A stretch of 64,000 nucleotides of DNA. It comes from Octopus bimaculoides (lineage: Eukaryota). The notes under the pieces were generated by a model. That model was not told the origin of the DNA and made no database searches. It saw only the letters and a list, made by a program, of their open reading frames with translations. This document shows, piece by piece, positions 63,701 through 64,000 of the stretch. Within the stretch, counting starts at the first letter, position 1; the number at the start of each line of letters is the position of its first letter. The translations under genes and the position numbers were made by a program. The stretch lies in contig NC_068983.1 of NCBI RefSeq assembly GCF_001194135.2, positions 141,620,342 through 141,684,341 on the forward strand. Direction: 5' to 3'.

Positions 63701-64000
63701 CCAAGCTTTCCTGCTTCATTTTGTCTCTTTGTTGCTGGCCAGCGATTGAGCAAGGACGTGTTTAGCTGTCTCTCTCTATCTTGCAAACTTACGCTAGACA
63801 GCTCGCTCACATCTACATACCAACGTCCCAACAACCATGCTCACACACACAGAAGACGTCTCAACAAACGAGAGCTAAAGATGTATATTTTCCACCATGA
63901 ATAAATGTTGTTGAGTTGATAGTCTGGAGTTCAGCGTTCCGTTAATTCTTAATTTTATATAGGAAAGTCAGGTGTACATCTAAAGATGTATAACCCACTT

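Overview
AT-rich, repeat-dense animal genomic DNA with seven N-gaps. The repeat families look like those of octopus, but this is recognition from memory and not database-checked. The main feature is a plus-strand multi-exon galectin gene (coding exons 27767/27925-61995). It encodes four tandem carbohydrate-recognition domains (CRDs), 542 aa from the ATG at 27925. Each CRD is built from an equivalent three-exon module (86-89, 193-199 and 114-120 nt), and the whole chain splices in frame using GT-AG sites. The rest of the window is tRNA-derived SINEs of several families, MITEs, a dead full-length mariner, decayed hAT and HERO-like retrotransposon fragments, an LTR-like promoter block and microsatellites. 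The most notable observations are: (i) a 488-bp palindrome of two back-to-back tRNA-headed units, each ending in a minimal hammerhead ribozyme motif; (ii) a second palindrome with a hammerhead-like fold and a non-canonical core; (iii) a candidate 18-nt in-frame microexon in CRD2; (iv) a candidate alternative last exon that would give a single-CRD isoform; (v) an open-frame Lys-rich plus (PESK)6 N-terminal extension whose upstream exon I could not find; (vi) a visible CpG-depletion boundary around the gene body.
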